Below are positions 12,367 through 24,786 of a stretch of 64,000 bases of DNA, piece by piece. A program made the translations under genes and the position numbers. The notes under the pieces were generated by a model. The model was given only the letters and a program-made list of their open reading frames with translations, was not told the DNA's origin and did no database searches. The stretch covers positions 62,560,001 through 62,624,000 of the forward strand of contig CM052816.1 of the NCBI GenBank assembly GCA_028534125.1, written 5' to 3'. Position 1 is the first letter of the stretch. Every line of letters begins with the position of its first letter. The stretch is from Lama glama (lineage: Eukaryota).

Positions 12367-12989
12367 AATAATCCAGGTGTTCTTTAGAGATAGCATAAAT
12401 ACAAAGGTAATACTGAAGTAGCTGAGGTCCAGGAAATCATAGTGAAAAGTACATGCACTCTACACTGAGGCCCCCAAACATGTCTGACCTTACACAGCCT
12501 CCAGAAATACTAAAGCATCTCCTCTAAGATCTTACGAAACGATCTTTCCTTATCTTGCCTCTATTGCCAGCCTCAGGCAGGTAGACCAGATTCCCTGTCT
12601 GATTCCACAACTTGCTTGCTGTGTGACTTCTATAAGTTATTTCCTCTGAAGTTCAATGACTGGTGAGTGGGAGGAATAGGGAGATGCTGGTAAAGGGTAC
12701 AAACTTAAAAAAATGAATAATAATAATTTTAATACCTACTTCATAGCCAGTGTGATAAGGTCAAAAAGGCAGCCGTGCAGGCAAAGGGTAAGTACAGTTC
12801 CCGTATATAATGGGCAGACTGTCATTCGATGAGCCAGGGGATGAGGGTTTGTTGTGGGAGACTTTATGCCACATGCCAGGGATATCATGTGCTTCCAGTG
12901 TAGCGCTTAGCAATGTGGTCACAGAATAATGCCTGAGATTATCTTTTGATTTTCTACCACAAAATTTCCTAATCAAAAACTTACATGTG

Positions 12990-14138
12990 GATTACTTTCA
13001 CTTCTGGGAAGAGGGGGTAGATGTACTTTTCCCATATGCCTCCCACTAAGCACAGTGAAAATCCCTGAATGTCTTATATGTTGGAAAATAATAATAAGAC
13101 TCTGAAAGGAGGCAGACTAGCTGAGGACCTCAAGATCTGAGGAACAATTTACAGTCCCCTGGATTTTCTTTGTCTCATGTCCCAGACATATACTTTAAGA
13201 AACTGGCAAGTGGCAAACACTAACGGGCACAGACAAGAACAGAAACCATGCCCCATCCACCAAAAAAGGGATCAGGAAAGGGACAGCTTTATAAGACATA
13301 TAACTTTAGGTAGTAATCACTGTACTCCAGCTTCGAAGAGCAAAGGCTAGGCAGTAACAAGACCCCCTCCCCGTGCTGGATCACTGGAGCTCATTTAGGG
13401 GCCCGGGACTCCCACCCTTACCCAGCAGAAAGGGTAAGCCTCCTCTCCCCTCCGGGGCTGGTGTCAGAGGAGGTGCAGTGGAGACAAAGAACCTTAATCA
13501 ACTACTCAGGGGTAGTGACACAATAAAAATCAAAATCCCAGTGGGGTTTTTATAGAAATTTGGCGGCTCTTTCTGAAATACATAAGAAATAAAAGCACCT
13601 AAAATGGGAAAACAACTTTCAGAAAGAAGAACAAAGCTGGTGCAATAATTTACTACCTGGTGCCAAGACTTATGATAAAGTTTCAGTAATCTAGATAGGG
13701 TGATACTGAGAAATTATTTGAAAATTATATATCTGATAAAAGATGTTTATCTAGAATATATAAACTCTCAAACTCAATAAAAAGAAAGCAAACAATCCCA
13801 TAAAAATGTGCAAATGATTTGAACAAATACTTCACCAAAGAAGATATACAGACTGGAGATAAGCCCATAAAAATTTCTCAAAATTGTTAACCACAAGGGA
13901 ACTGAAAATTTAAACCACAATGAGATCCCACAACACACTTATTAGAGTGGCTAAAATTAAAAATAAATAAATAAATAAATAAATAACTGACTGACTAATT
14001 CCATGAAGTCTTGGCAAGGATGTGGGGGAACCAGAATGTTCATACCCTGCTGATAGGAATATAAAATGATACAACTACTTTGGAAAGTAGATTGACAGTT
14101 TATTTAAAAGTTAAACATATATCATATACATATGATTG

Positions 14139-14177
<39 letters not shown>

Positions 14178-14738
14178 CATTCCACTCTTGGAGAAATTAA
14201 GGTATATGTCTATACAAAGACTTGTATTTGCATGTTCATAGCATTTTTAAAAAATCTATAATAGCCAAAAACAGGAAACTACTCAAAAGTCTGTCAACAG
14301 GTGAATGGAAAAACACTTTGTGGGATATTCAGGCAATGGGATACTAATTCGCAGTAAGAAGAAAAGAACAATTGGTACATGCAACAAACACCATGGATAA
14401 ATCTAAAAAATAATTATGTTGAGTGAACACAGCCAGACAATAAAGAACACAAATTGTATTATCCCATTTATCTAAAAACCTGTAAATACAGTTGATCTGC
14501 AGTGCGAAAGGAGATCAGAAGTGACTGGGAAGGGAGTGGAGAGGTATGGAGCTGGAGGAAGAGAGAAGAGATGAAAGGGCATGAGCAAACTTTTGGTGAT
14601 GATGCATATATTTCCTCTCTTGTCTATGGTGATGACTGCGTGTGTGGATATATATGTCAAACTTATTAAATTGTGCACTTTAAGTATATACTATTCATCA
14701 TATGTCAATTAGACCCCAATAAAGCTGCTTTTAAAAAT
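12990..14738 (+). mobile_element. Old LINE-1 (L1MD-like) with 5'UTR, two internal deletions and 3' end
   Basis: 5'UTR-type start acttctgggaagagggggtagatgtacttttccc...; late-ORF2 sequence from about 13525 (atcaaaatcccagt); second jump at about 13708; 3'UTR ending ccaataaagctgcttttaaaaa. Confidence 0.75.
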
Positions 14739-14744
14739 ACTGAA

Positions 14745-14880
14745 CAAAAAAATCCCAATACTAAGGTCACCCTTCAGACCAATTAATTAGCATCTCTGGG
14801 GGTGAGACCCATCCATGAACTAAACTATTTTAAAGCTCACCAGGTGATTCTAATGTGCAGCTATAACTGAAAAGGACTGT
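14745..14880 (+). mobile_element. MER5-like hAT-Charlie MITE fragment
   Basis: agaccaattaattagcatctctgggggtgagaccc...aagctcaccaggtgattctaatgtgcag. Confidence 0.65.
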
Positions 14881-17290
14881 TACACAGAAAATCTCTAGGA
14901 AATAATAAAGGAAGAATGTGATCAGTTGTATATGATATACTACAGAATATAAGAAATGGGAATTAAGAATAATTCACATGATCTGACCAGGAAGAAATTA
15001 ATGTGGAGTTTAGAAAGAAGAGACACATGTCAAAAAAAGCTCTGAGTCACCATGTGATCTGTCACATTAGCTACTCTGGGTTCAACTAACCCTTTATTCT
15101 GAGAATCATACACAAAACCGCCGGGCAAGACTCAACAGGGGAGGATTCAATTGACTCTGTGACATGGTAATAGATAACTTAGGCTGTTTAACAAATTTGC
15201 CGAGTGGGAAAACATACACATGTGTACAATTTGTTTCTATTTTGAGTTTTCAGAAAATTCTTATAAGAGAGGATAATCATGATCTAAGGTTAAAGCAGTT
15301 CCTTCACAACACAGTGCAAGTTGCCATAGCTTTATTTTTCAATTAAAAGAAAATCAAGGCAAAGAGCAAACATTTTTTATTTTCCTTGTATTTGTGCTAC
15401 AAAGTCAGCCACACATACGTAGAAACCAATACAGAAACACAGGCACCTTCTATTAAAAACCTCAGAGTTTCAAAGAAATGAACACTCTTCAGACATCCTA
15501 GGGCTTTTTATCTGCCTGTGGTCTATGAGCTTCAGAAAATTCTAAACAATTTTATATCACATCAATTTTGGGAAACAGAGTCCAGAGCTTTTACCCACAG
15601 ACAAAGGGATTGCTGGCCTAAAGGGTAAAAAATAATTACCTCAAAACAAGAATATCTAAGCATATTTTTATTCACCAGACTAGATTATCCAATTGGAAAA
15701 TGATTTCCCTAGAGTTTGGAGGATAGGGGCTTAGGTTACAGGAAGTTTTTGTAGCAAACTCACTGCTGTGTTTACCAAACCTACTGAACAGCCCTTATTA
15801 CCTAGTTGTGAGACTCGCATTTAATATATTGGCAAATCTTTCTGTCTCAGTGGAAAGGCATATCTGAGGGATGATGACAGATGATCAGCTAGTCCTACTA
15901 TTTCCTATGTGGAGTCCCCTGGTGGAGCACTTGGATGAAAACCCAGGAGTCACAGAATTGGAACTTTTCTGAGCAATTTCAAGGGAGCAAGCTTTTTTAA
16001 AAAGTCTCAGGCATTTTCCCCATAAAGCTAATTCCTCTTTTAAGTAACTAGAACATATATTTCAACGAGGATGGTAGAACCAGGTTAGAAAGTGGGTTGT
16101 TCTGATTCCACAAAGCTTAAGTGGGTCAGAGGCAAGTATAATTTAAGATGAATGTTGAGTGCTGATAGGGCAGAGGAGATGGCCAGCTAGTGACAAAACA
16201 AAAACTCAAGAGCTTAGAAAGAGAAAGAAAACATTAATCCACGTTTGAAGGAAAATATAAAACCTTTATATTTTCAGAAAGGCCATACCTTTTATCTATA
16301 AAATTCACAAAAGGAGAAATTTACAAAATATTTTTCATCCCCAAGCAACACAGATTTCTGCCACGTAAGAAAACTCCTTAGACCCCCGGATCAGGCTTGC
16401 CTTCCTTGGTCCAGTCCCCAGAGCCTCCATAACAAATACGTCTCTCTGCATCAATGTTATTACTTCATTTCCTTGTAAATTCCTTCTCTCTCATTCTCAA
16501 ATTTCTCTAATTGATTAAATAAACACAATAATTATCCACCCTAAGCATATTTCTTCTACCTCAGTTCCCCTGTCACAAGTATTAAGGTAGTTTATGCTTT
16601 TGGCTGTGAAATCTGCTCCAGCATTAACACTGTCTTTATTTTATATTTATTTTAATTTTTTAAAATTTATATTTATATTTATAACACCATGCTTATTTTG
16701 GTTCTTTTCTCAACTCCCTATAAGACATCATTTTAAAAAAAAGTTATTGAAGCATTCTACCATGAATCTTGAGATTTGTAAGAGGAGTCACATTAAATGA
16801 GAATTGTGTATTTCTAGGCTTGTGATTTATGATGGTGGTAAATCTAATAAAAAGAAGCTGATATTAGACAAACATTATAGTTCTTACATGGTTACAACGA
16901 TAAGTGTTCCAGACATAGATTTAAATAATTATTTGGATCTATGGCTTTAAATGTTGGCTGGTAAATTACAAGGCAAAGAATAAATGACTTTATTCCTTGA
17001 GAATCATAGAGGCAATTTCTTTGGATTTAGATAATAAGAAATTAATAGTGATCTTACAAAAACAGGACCAGAGTATATATACAATTTAAAATAATGCATG
17101 ATGTAGGACAAGTTAAAATGCATTGGAAAAAAATGTATTGAGCAAATGAAAGTAAGAAATTCATCCTTTTCTTTCTTCTTTCCTTTTTTTCCTTTTTTTA
17201 AATAAATCCCTCAGTCACAACAGATCACGATCAATCACCTCTGCCAGAAACAGACATACTGAAAACTTTGTTTAAAATAATGATCTGGGA

Positions 17291-17471
17291 CAGTGGTTCT
17301 CGAAGTGTGGTCCCCAGAAAAGCAGCATCAGCATCATCCTGGCGTTCATTTAAAACACAAATTCTCATGCGCCACTCCACACTCACTGAATCAGAAATTC
17401 CAAGGATAGGGCACAACTGATGATTTAAGCCCTACAGGTAATTCTGATGCCCTCTAAACTTGAGAAATCAC
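17291..17471 (+). mobile_element. MER5A hAT-Charlie MITE
   Basis: cagtggttctcgaagtgtggtcccc...agcagcatcagcatca...ctgaatcagaaattc...ttgagaaatcac with terminal inverted repeat. Confidence 0.85.
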
Positions 17472-18409
17472 AAGTCCACAAAAATCTAAATCAAAGTTAT
17501 TGAAATGGAGCTAACTTTTACCCACTTGTAGGTTAAAAATTAGCATGCAGGTCACACCATTGTTAAGCAAATGGGGAAAAGATATTTCTAACTTAGACAA
17601 TCAAAAATGTGCTGCAACTGCAAAATGTGAGGGAATTGTTGTGGTGAATGCTGGTTCTCCCTCAGCGGCCTGTACTGGATATTTTCTTACTAAATCTTGA
17701 TTGTTAAACATTCAATTTATTTTCCTTTCCTGAGATTTTCAAGGCAAGTAATTCTTTTTTTTTTTTTAATGATCCAATGCTTTAAATTTATAAGCTTTAA
17801 TAAACATGGAATTGTCTCCAGGCTCTCTAACTGCCCTTCCATAGTGTTTGAGTACTTAAAAGGAGATCTTAACAGAAATTAAAAAAAAAAAGAAACTGCC
17901 ATTAGGGACCATATGTTCTTAGAACATCTTTACCATCGGAAATAGAAGATTACCCACCAAACCCATTTGTGACACATCAGCTGGAATTTGATGAGGTACA
18001 ATCAGAACATGATGTTAGTAAATACATTCCACTGTACTCTGACTCTTCAGAGAACTCATTCACACTGCGACTCCCACTACCCTGCCCAGATGTGCCTACC
18101 GCTCTGTCCCAAGCCAAGCGCAAGATGAGTCACTGATTTTCATTTGTCCAACGTGGAATTTTTAATAGATAAAAGGAAAACCTCAAGGCTAAGAAGAGTT
18201 CTAATTAAAAAACATGCAATCATAAGGGGATCTACTTCAGTTCTTGAGAAGAAAAGATTCAGCTGTTAATGACCAATGCCAATCAATTTCTTCTTAATGT
18301 AGAAGAGAGGTTTGATACCATATCTTGATGAAGTTTCAAGGGTTCTTTCTTCCCTTTCTTTTTTTATAACCTGTTCCATGCCTCACCCCCACCCCTACCT
18401 CATGTTGTT

Positions 18410-18855
18410 ATGTCACTTTCGTTGGTTTGAGATCCCGGGAGTTTCCCAGGTGAAATCTGAAACTGACCTCCATACACAGAGAATAAGGAGATACTCAAGA
18501 AAGAGGCAGACCACTCCAGATTGGTAGCTGGCAGGTTTAATAAGCAAGGAACCAACATCCAAGGCTTGTCTTGGATGACCACAAGAGGAGTAGATCTCGG
18601 CATCCACCTACCAGAATCTTAAAAGTTTATACAGAGTCCTTAACTGGGTTTAGTCATGCATATCATGCAGATGGTCTCAACAACACCTTACTCTCTCAAG
18701 ACTGCTCCTTGAAATCAGCTCTCACTGTGGGAATGGGGAATGGTGGGCAGAACATACCTTCCAAGGACAAGGGAGGCAGAGAGGAGCCTCCGATTGTCTG
18801 GGTCAAGCTCTCAGATCAACTGGCAGTCATGCCCTCTCGATGACCTCCTCCAACA
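18410..18855 (-). mobile_element. Solo LTR, ERV1-like (left boundary approximate)
   Basis: Minus strand starts TGTTGGAGGAGGTCATCG; TATAAA and ATTAAA motifs in LTR order on the minus strand; GC shift relative to flanks. Confidence 0.65.
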
Positions 18856-18964
18856 ACTGTGTTTCTAAAATAGAATCAGATGAAATATTAACGTCAATTT
18901 TTAAGTGTAAAAAATTGAAACAATGCTTCCCTTTTAAAAAGGAGAGTGGAATGCTAGACTGCCT

Positions 18965-19100
18965 GCCATTCATTCATTCAACAGAAATGTGCTGAATGAC
19001 TACCCTGTTCCAGGTTCTGTGTTAAGCTCTGAGAATGCATGATAAACGAGACAATTACGATTTACAAAATTAACAGCGCTTATAATCTAATGGAAGCCCT
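18965..19100 (-). mobile_element. L2 3' fragment
   Basis: cattcattcattcaacagaaatgtgctgaatgactaccctgttccagg antisense L2 tail. Confidence 0.7.
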
Positions 19101-19103
19101 AGA

Positions 19104-19197
19104 CAAGGAGTTGGCAAACCATGGCCCAGGGCTGAAATCTCGCCTGCCACCTCTTTTTGTAAATAGAGTTTTGTCGGAACAAAGCCACACCCATTCT
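19104..19197 (+). mobile_element. MER58A-like hAT MITE fragment
   Basis: caaggagttggcaaaccatggccc...gcctgccacctctttttgtaaatagagttttgtcggaacaaagccacacccattc. Confidence 0.75.
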
Positions 19198-19399
19198 GCT
19201 AAGAGCTTAGTTGAGCGGTTTCATGTATCCCTCAAGAGACGAGCTTTCTTAGAACCTCCTCCTTGTAGATGATGGATGGTTTTTAGTCCAGATCAGTGGC
19301 TTTTTTTTACATTAAATACTTAGTCATTTTGTATCAGTTTGATTCAGGTCCATGGCCAGTAGATACCCTTACAGATCCTTTATAAACCTTTTTTTTTTT

Positions 19400-19604
19400 T
19401 GGTAACATATTTTATTTTGCCCATTATATCTGAAATATATTATTTTAAAATTAAAAATTTGCTGAGATATTTTACATTCTGTTTTTTGTACTACCTTGAA
19501 ATCTTGCATGTGTTTTGCATTAACAGCCCATCTCAGTTCCAAACAGATGCATTTCAAGCACTGAGTGGCCACCCACGACCAGTGGCTACAGTACTGGACA
19601 GCTA
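19400..19604. mobile_element. MER33-like hAT-Charlie MITE fragment
   Basis: gagatattttacattct...acagcccatctcagttc...catttcaagcactgagtggccac...gtggctacagtactggacagc. Confidence 0.75.
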
Positions 19605-19699
19605 AGGTGTAGAGCACAGTGGGGGCTTGGTAAATATTTGTTGAATGAATGAGTTAGAAGATAGACTGGTTGTTAAGGGGGTGTGTAGAATCCAGGAAG

Positions 19700-19875
19700 G
19701 TATCATGTGCCAGGTACCGTTTTAAACACTGAGTCCTTAATTTTCATAGTAGTCTTGAGGATCGAGTACTTTCTTAACCCATTTTGTAGATGGGAAGGGA
19801 GGCACAGATACACTTAACTAGTCACTCAGTCGCTAGGCAGTAAGTGGCAAGATTGAATCCAGACACCCCAGAGTG
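19700..19875 (-). mobile_element. MIR SINE
   Basis: tgtgccaggtaccgttttaaacact...cccattttgtagatgggaa...gaggcacaga...taagtggcaagattgaatccagac. Confidence 0.7.
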
Positions 19876-22800
19876 TTCATCGCTGTAACTGAAAACACAG
19901 CCAGAGCCCTGTCACTCCTGACACGCCTTCCCTGGCGCCTTCTCTTCTCATTTACGAAATCCAGACTTCTTACCCTGACAGGATTCTTTGGTCCAGCCTG
20001 CCTGTGTATCCTTAACCTGCTCCTTTCTCTAGCCAAATCTGAAGTGACATTTGAACTGCTCTTGGGACAGGAAGTGGGAATCGCTCAGGCAAAGCAGCAG
20101 AGCCACGACATCCGGGTCCAAGCCAGAAGGTGTGCCGGGAGCCTGGTAAACCTACTTCTTAACCTGCCAGTTTTATTTCCTCTTTCCCATGCCTTGTTCC
20201 TTCTTTCTCTCTCTAATTCATTGTTGGAAACAAGGATCAGTTAGGCTTTCTAGAGGGAGATATACTTTTCGTGTCTTTTGCCAGAACAGTTTTGACTTAT
20301 TGAAAGAAATGTCTGGGTGTTACAACTTTAACTGAATCTTTGTTCTAGAGCACCTCAATCCACTCAGGGGTTTAAACAATGGTTGTGGCAGGCATGCCTT
20401 TGATTTGATTCTTGCCTAAGGCCATTTCAATGAGTCTTTGTTGTTCAAAGGCCTCATCATTTGTATGCTTTATTGGTTAAGAATGTGAAAAAATTGCATG
20501 ATCCACACTTGTAAGTCCCAGAATTGCTTTACTCTATCTCCTAGTGTTCCTAACACGACATGCAGATGCACATAGAGGTGGAAAATGTAAATAAACCAAG
20601 CATATTTATGGCAACCACAATTTTTCAGAACAGCAAAGGGGTGAACTGTTCCAATAAATTTAACTTTTAGTAAAAATTAAATCTTAAACATGAAACCCTT
20701 TTACTTTACCTATTATTTTAGCACAACTTTCAATTTTGTTTTAGTCAAACTTCCTTACTATTTCAGTAGTAAATATTATTTAATCTCTCTGTGTCACTGA
20801 ATCTTTTTCAGTGATTCATAGTCATTGTTCTATCCAGAAATGTTTGCTGCCTCATACAGAAAATGTAGACGTTTGGAATAAATGTGTATTGATTTCCTGT
20901 AACTTGAAACTTGGGCTTTAAACAAAATCCTTCATTCTTGCAGTGTTTAGTACACAGTAGTAAATAAATGTTTGTTTTTAGTATATAAACTTATTTTTCT
21001 ATGTAAAGGATAAAAGATATTTTGATTGGTTCGTTTGGCTATTTAGTATTTTAAAGTATTAATTATTCCTAAACCATGCATGAAATACATGCACTGTAAG
21101 TTTTGTATGATATACAGTTTTGTTTAGAGAGCTGCTGAAATGATTGACCAAAGGCTCATGAATTTTAGGAAATCATCTTCCTTTAATTGTAAGGCTCTTT
21201 GCATTTGGGATCTGTATATCATTCACTATTCACTTTTGTTGTTGTTGTTGTTGCAAATAGTGCGTATTGCTTTTCTTCTAGTTTTAATCTTTTTTTAATG
21301 GAAACTTTCAAAAATATACAGTGTTAATGTGACATTCACATTATAGTTAATTTCATTCTCCCAGAGCGGCTAATATATAGTCTTGCATATAACAGGTATT
21401 TAACAAATGCTTGTTAGGCTTAACCCAAAGAAAGGTTTGGAAAGATGAGGTACAATTTACTGGAGAGAGCAAAGTGTAAGAAGTGAGGTATACTCTGATG
21501 ACCATAAGTAAGTTTTATATAACTTTTGGCAACCAGAGATGAAGGGGCTCCGGTTTCTCTTAATCCAACCACCCATCTGTTGCTTGAATCTTCTATAGAA
21601 TCTCTACCCTTTAATGTCCTTGTAATGCGAAACCTTCTGCCTCCTAGGTAATCCTTTCCATATCTAGAAGTACTCTGTTAGTTGATAAGAAAACAGAAAC
21701 CAAAGTAAGGGGATTTTGAACCATATGGGAAAAGTGACAGAAAAGAAGTCATTAATTGACATAGTTCTAAAACCAGTAGTTAATTTTTATAAGTACAACT
21801 TTTTAAAATTTATCTCATCTTTCTTTCCCCTCCTACAAAAGAGAAAGAAATTAAGTGCAACAAAGCTCGTATCAATGTAACTTCTAGGTACACTAAAGAA
21901 CACAGAAGCATATTCTCATAATATTAACTAAGGAAGAAAATGATTTTAAATAATAATAATAATTCACCGTATAGTTAGAGAGTTTTTTCATATGTAATAG
22001 GATGCCAAACTCTCATTTCCTAACAATTTGGTTTTTACTTTCGTAACTCCTCTAAACTATTATTCATAAACAGAATTTTCAATTTAATTTTCTGAAATAA
22101 TACACAACCTATTAGAACACTTTCCCCTATTAGTACTATCAGATATTTAGAAAAATAAACTACAAAATCACTGGTCTTCACTGTATTCTTCTTCTCCCAC
22201 TGCACTGACTTACTTGTGTTATGAAGAAAATATGAGTAACGAGTTAATACTGTGCCAGAGTTATTGAAACTTCTCCCAGATACGGTGTGTGCTCATTTCC
22301 CTGAGAGTATTAGTAACTTTGGTTAATAATATTCAATCAAGGTGTGGATCAAAGGGTCCTGTCCCATCATGTTCCATGCCTGGCAGGTTTCAGGGATGGA
22401 GCCTACTCCAGGGCTCTCCACCCATGTCTCATTCTGGCTTGCCCTTATCTGACAAACCTGTTTTACATGAAACATTCTTGTATGACTACCATGGCACTGT
22501 CTTTCCTAAGTGTTTTTCTCCCTTCATGATAATCGCCCACCCTTAGGAGGGAGAGGTGAGAGATCTGAGGATGGAGAAGATTCTCAGGATCCGGTCAATA
22601 GCTTGGTTATTTGCTCTTCACTCCAGACAGCGTTTCCAGTTTCTCCCTGACACTACCATCACACTCCTCGTGATACCAAGCTAGTGCTGTTTTTCTGACT
22701 TGCAGTAGTAACGGAGCAGGCAAGCCAATCTGGAGGGGAAAAGTTGGCACAACACAAAGATTTCTCAAATGAATTTTCTGTATCTCAGAACTTATCTGTA

Positions 22801-22899
22801 ATGAGCATATTAACTAATCTCTGGGGAGAAAGCACCCAAAGAGAAAATAAGATTGGGCCTTACCGGACCCGCTTCAACTTAGAGGAGAATTAGAGACCA

Positions 22900-23696
22900 C
22901 TTACACTGTGTCTGTTGCCACCCACCCCTCTCCTTCTGAACCACAGCAAACTTGAGACGGAGAACAGTGGTTAGTGGCCTGGCCTCCACCTCCCCAGAAC
23001 ATCCTGGGTCCGGGGTTGAGGCATGGTTGGGGAACAGGTGCCTGGGGTGTCAGCTCCAAGGTCAAGGTCCAGGGAGGCAGCTTTCCCCTCAGGCCCTCAC
23101 CAGAGGCCTCTAGAGCCAAAGGAAGACACAATGCAGGGCAGGTCTGACTTGAGCCTGGAGTCCATAGCTCAGAATCTAAGGTTTCCTCACCAAGGGATAC
23201 AAGTAACAAAGTGGGACCAGTAAGAAAAAATGAATCCATGGTTTCTACAAAAAAGCCTCACGCTTCCTGTGCTCCCTAATCATCTGGGAACCACCTATGC
23301 CTTCATCCTCTTTGTCGGGGCTTTTGGGGGTCAGGACCATGTAACCATTCTGTTTTGTGGCTGGTTGTGCTGGGTGAGGACTCAACTGTGGATTCCTGCT
23401 CAAGGTTTGCGGGTGATGAGCTGTTGAGCTAAGTGGGTTGGGGATTGGAGGGGACTCCTCCCTGGGCTTGAGCATGGGGGTAGGGGGCGAGGCAGGGGCA
23501 GCAATGCCTTCCCCAGCACGTGGGGGCCATCTCAGGTGGGGATCTCCATGCCAGTGCTCCATGCCAGGACATGGGCTCCCCTACAAAGCCATGATAAGCA
23601 GGTCGGTTGGTGAGCTAAAAGTTGATGATGACCAGCTGGCCTCCCCAGCACAAAGAGGACACAAAGAGGATCTCTGGAAGGATAGAGCAAGGATCT
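22900..23696 (-). pseudogene. GC-rich mRNA-like orphan segment (possible decayed retrocopy or terminal exon; parent not identified)
   Basis: Abrupt GC rise; minus strand has a pyrimidine tract ending cctctag, then a broken hydrophobic frame (ILFV...GGQLVIINF*LTNRPAYHGF), a Pro-rich ORF (23245-23562) and UTR-like sequence; no repeat family recognised. Confidence 0.35.
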
Positions 23697-23785
23697 AGAG
23701 GCAGGGGTGTGAAGACAAACAGTAAACTCAGATCGCTGCCTGTGTTTAGATGACTAAGAACTGGCACAAAATAGAACCAAACTCA

Positions 23786-24285
23786 NNNNNNNNNNNNNNN
23801 NNNNNNNNNNNNNNNNNNNNNNNNNNNNNNNNNNNNNNNNNNNNNNNNNNNNNNNNNNNNNNNNNNNNNNNNNNNNNNNNNNNNNNNNNNNNNNNNNNNN
23901 NNNNNNNNNNNNNNNNNNNNNNNNNNNNNNNNNNNNNNNNNNNNNNNNNNNNNNNNNNNNNNNNNNNNNNNNNNNNNNNNNNNNNNNNNNNNNNNNNNNN
24001 NNNNNNNNNNNNNNNNNNNNNNNNNNNNNNNNNNNNNNNNNNNNNNNNNNNNNNNNNNNNNNNNNNNNNNNNNNNNNNNNNNNNNNNNNNNNNNNNNNNN
24101 NNNNNNNNNNNNNNNNNNNNNNNNNNNNNNNNNNNNNNNNNNNNNNNNNNNNNNNNNNNNNNNNNNNNNNNNNNNNNNNNNNNNNNNNNNNNNNNNNNNN
24201 NNNNNNNNNNNNNNNNNNNNNNNNNNNNNNNNNNNNNNNNNNNNNNNNNNNNNNNNNNNNNNNNNNNNNNNNNNNNNNNNNNNNN
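23786..24285. other. Assembly gap (500 N)
   Basis: N run of exactly 500. Confidence 1.
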
Positions 24286-24610
24286 AAAAAAATTCACCTG
24301 GACAGTAATGCCTCAGGGTTTTACTGAGAGGCCTTATTTCTCACAAATCATGAAGGCTGATCTGGGTGATAGAAAGTTCCCAGGGCTTTTAGTTTGTTGC
24401 AATATGTGGATGATTTGCTTCTATGCTTTCTTCTCAAGCCTCCTCGCAGGAAGACAACATCCACTTGGTCAAGCTTTTATCCTTAAAGGGACATAAGATT
24501 GTCAAAGATTGTCAAAGACTGTAAAATTTTTACCAGGTTTGATATTTAGGGCTTTTGATATTAGAACAAAGGTTACACTTAGATCCAATAAACTTCATGA
24601 TGTCCTAAAT
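24286..24610 (+). mobile_element. ERV1 (gamma-like) pol reverse-transcriptase fragment, frameshifted
   Basis: FTWTVMPQGF motif, then in another frame LLQYVDDLLL (YVDD at 24403-24414). Confidence 0.9.
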
Positions 24611-24611
24611 G

Positions 24612-24786
24612 ATTCCCTCTTAGTTATAAGTAGATAGATAGATGGATCATTAATAGATAAATAGGTAGATAAAGAGATAGATACATAGATAGATATAGAG
24701 AAAATCCTAATAATTTTCTATACTAAACTTTTCCTGTTCAAATTACAATGTAGTTTCTGTCTCCCGATGGGATCCTGACTGAGACA
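24612..24786 (+). mobile_element. ERV-L-class LTR 3' end containing a (GATA)-like simple repeat
   Basis: tagatagata array at about 24630-24700; ends gttcaaattacaatgtagtttctgtctcccgatgggatcctgactgagaca. Confidence 0.55.
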
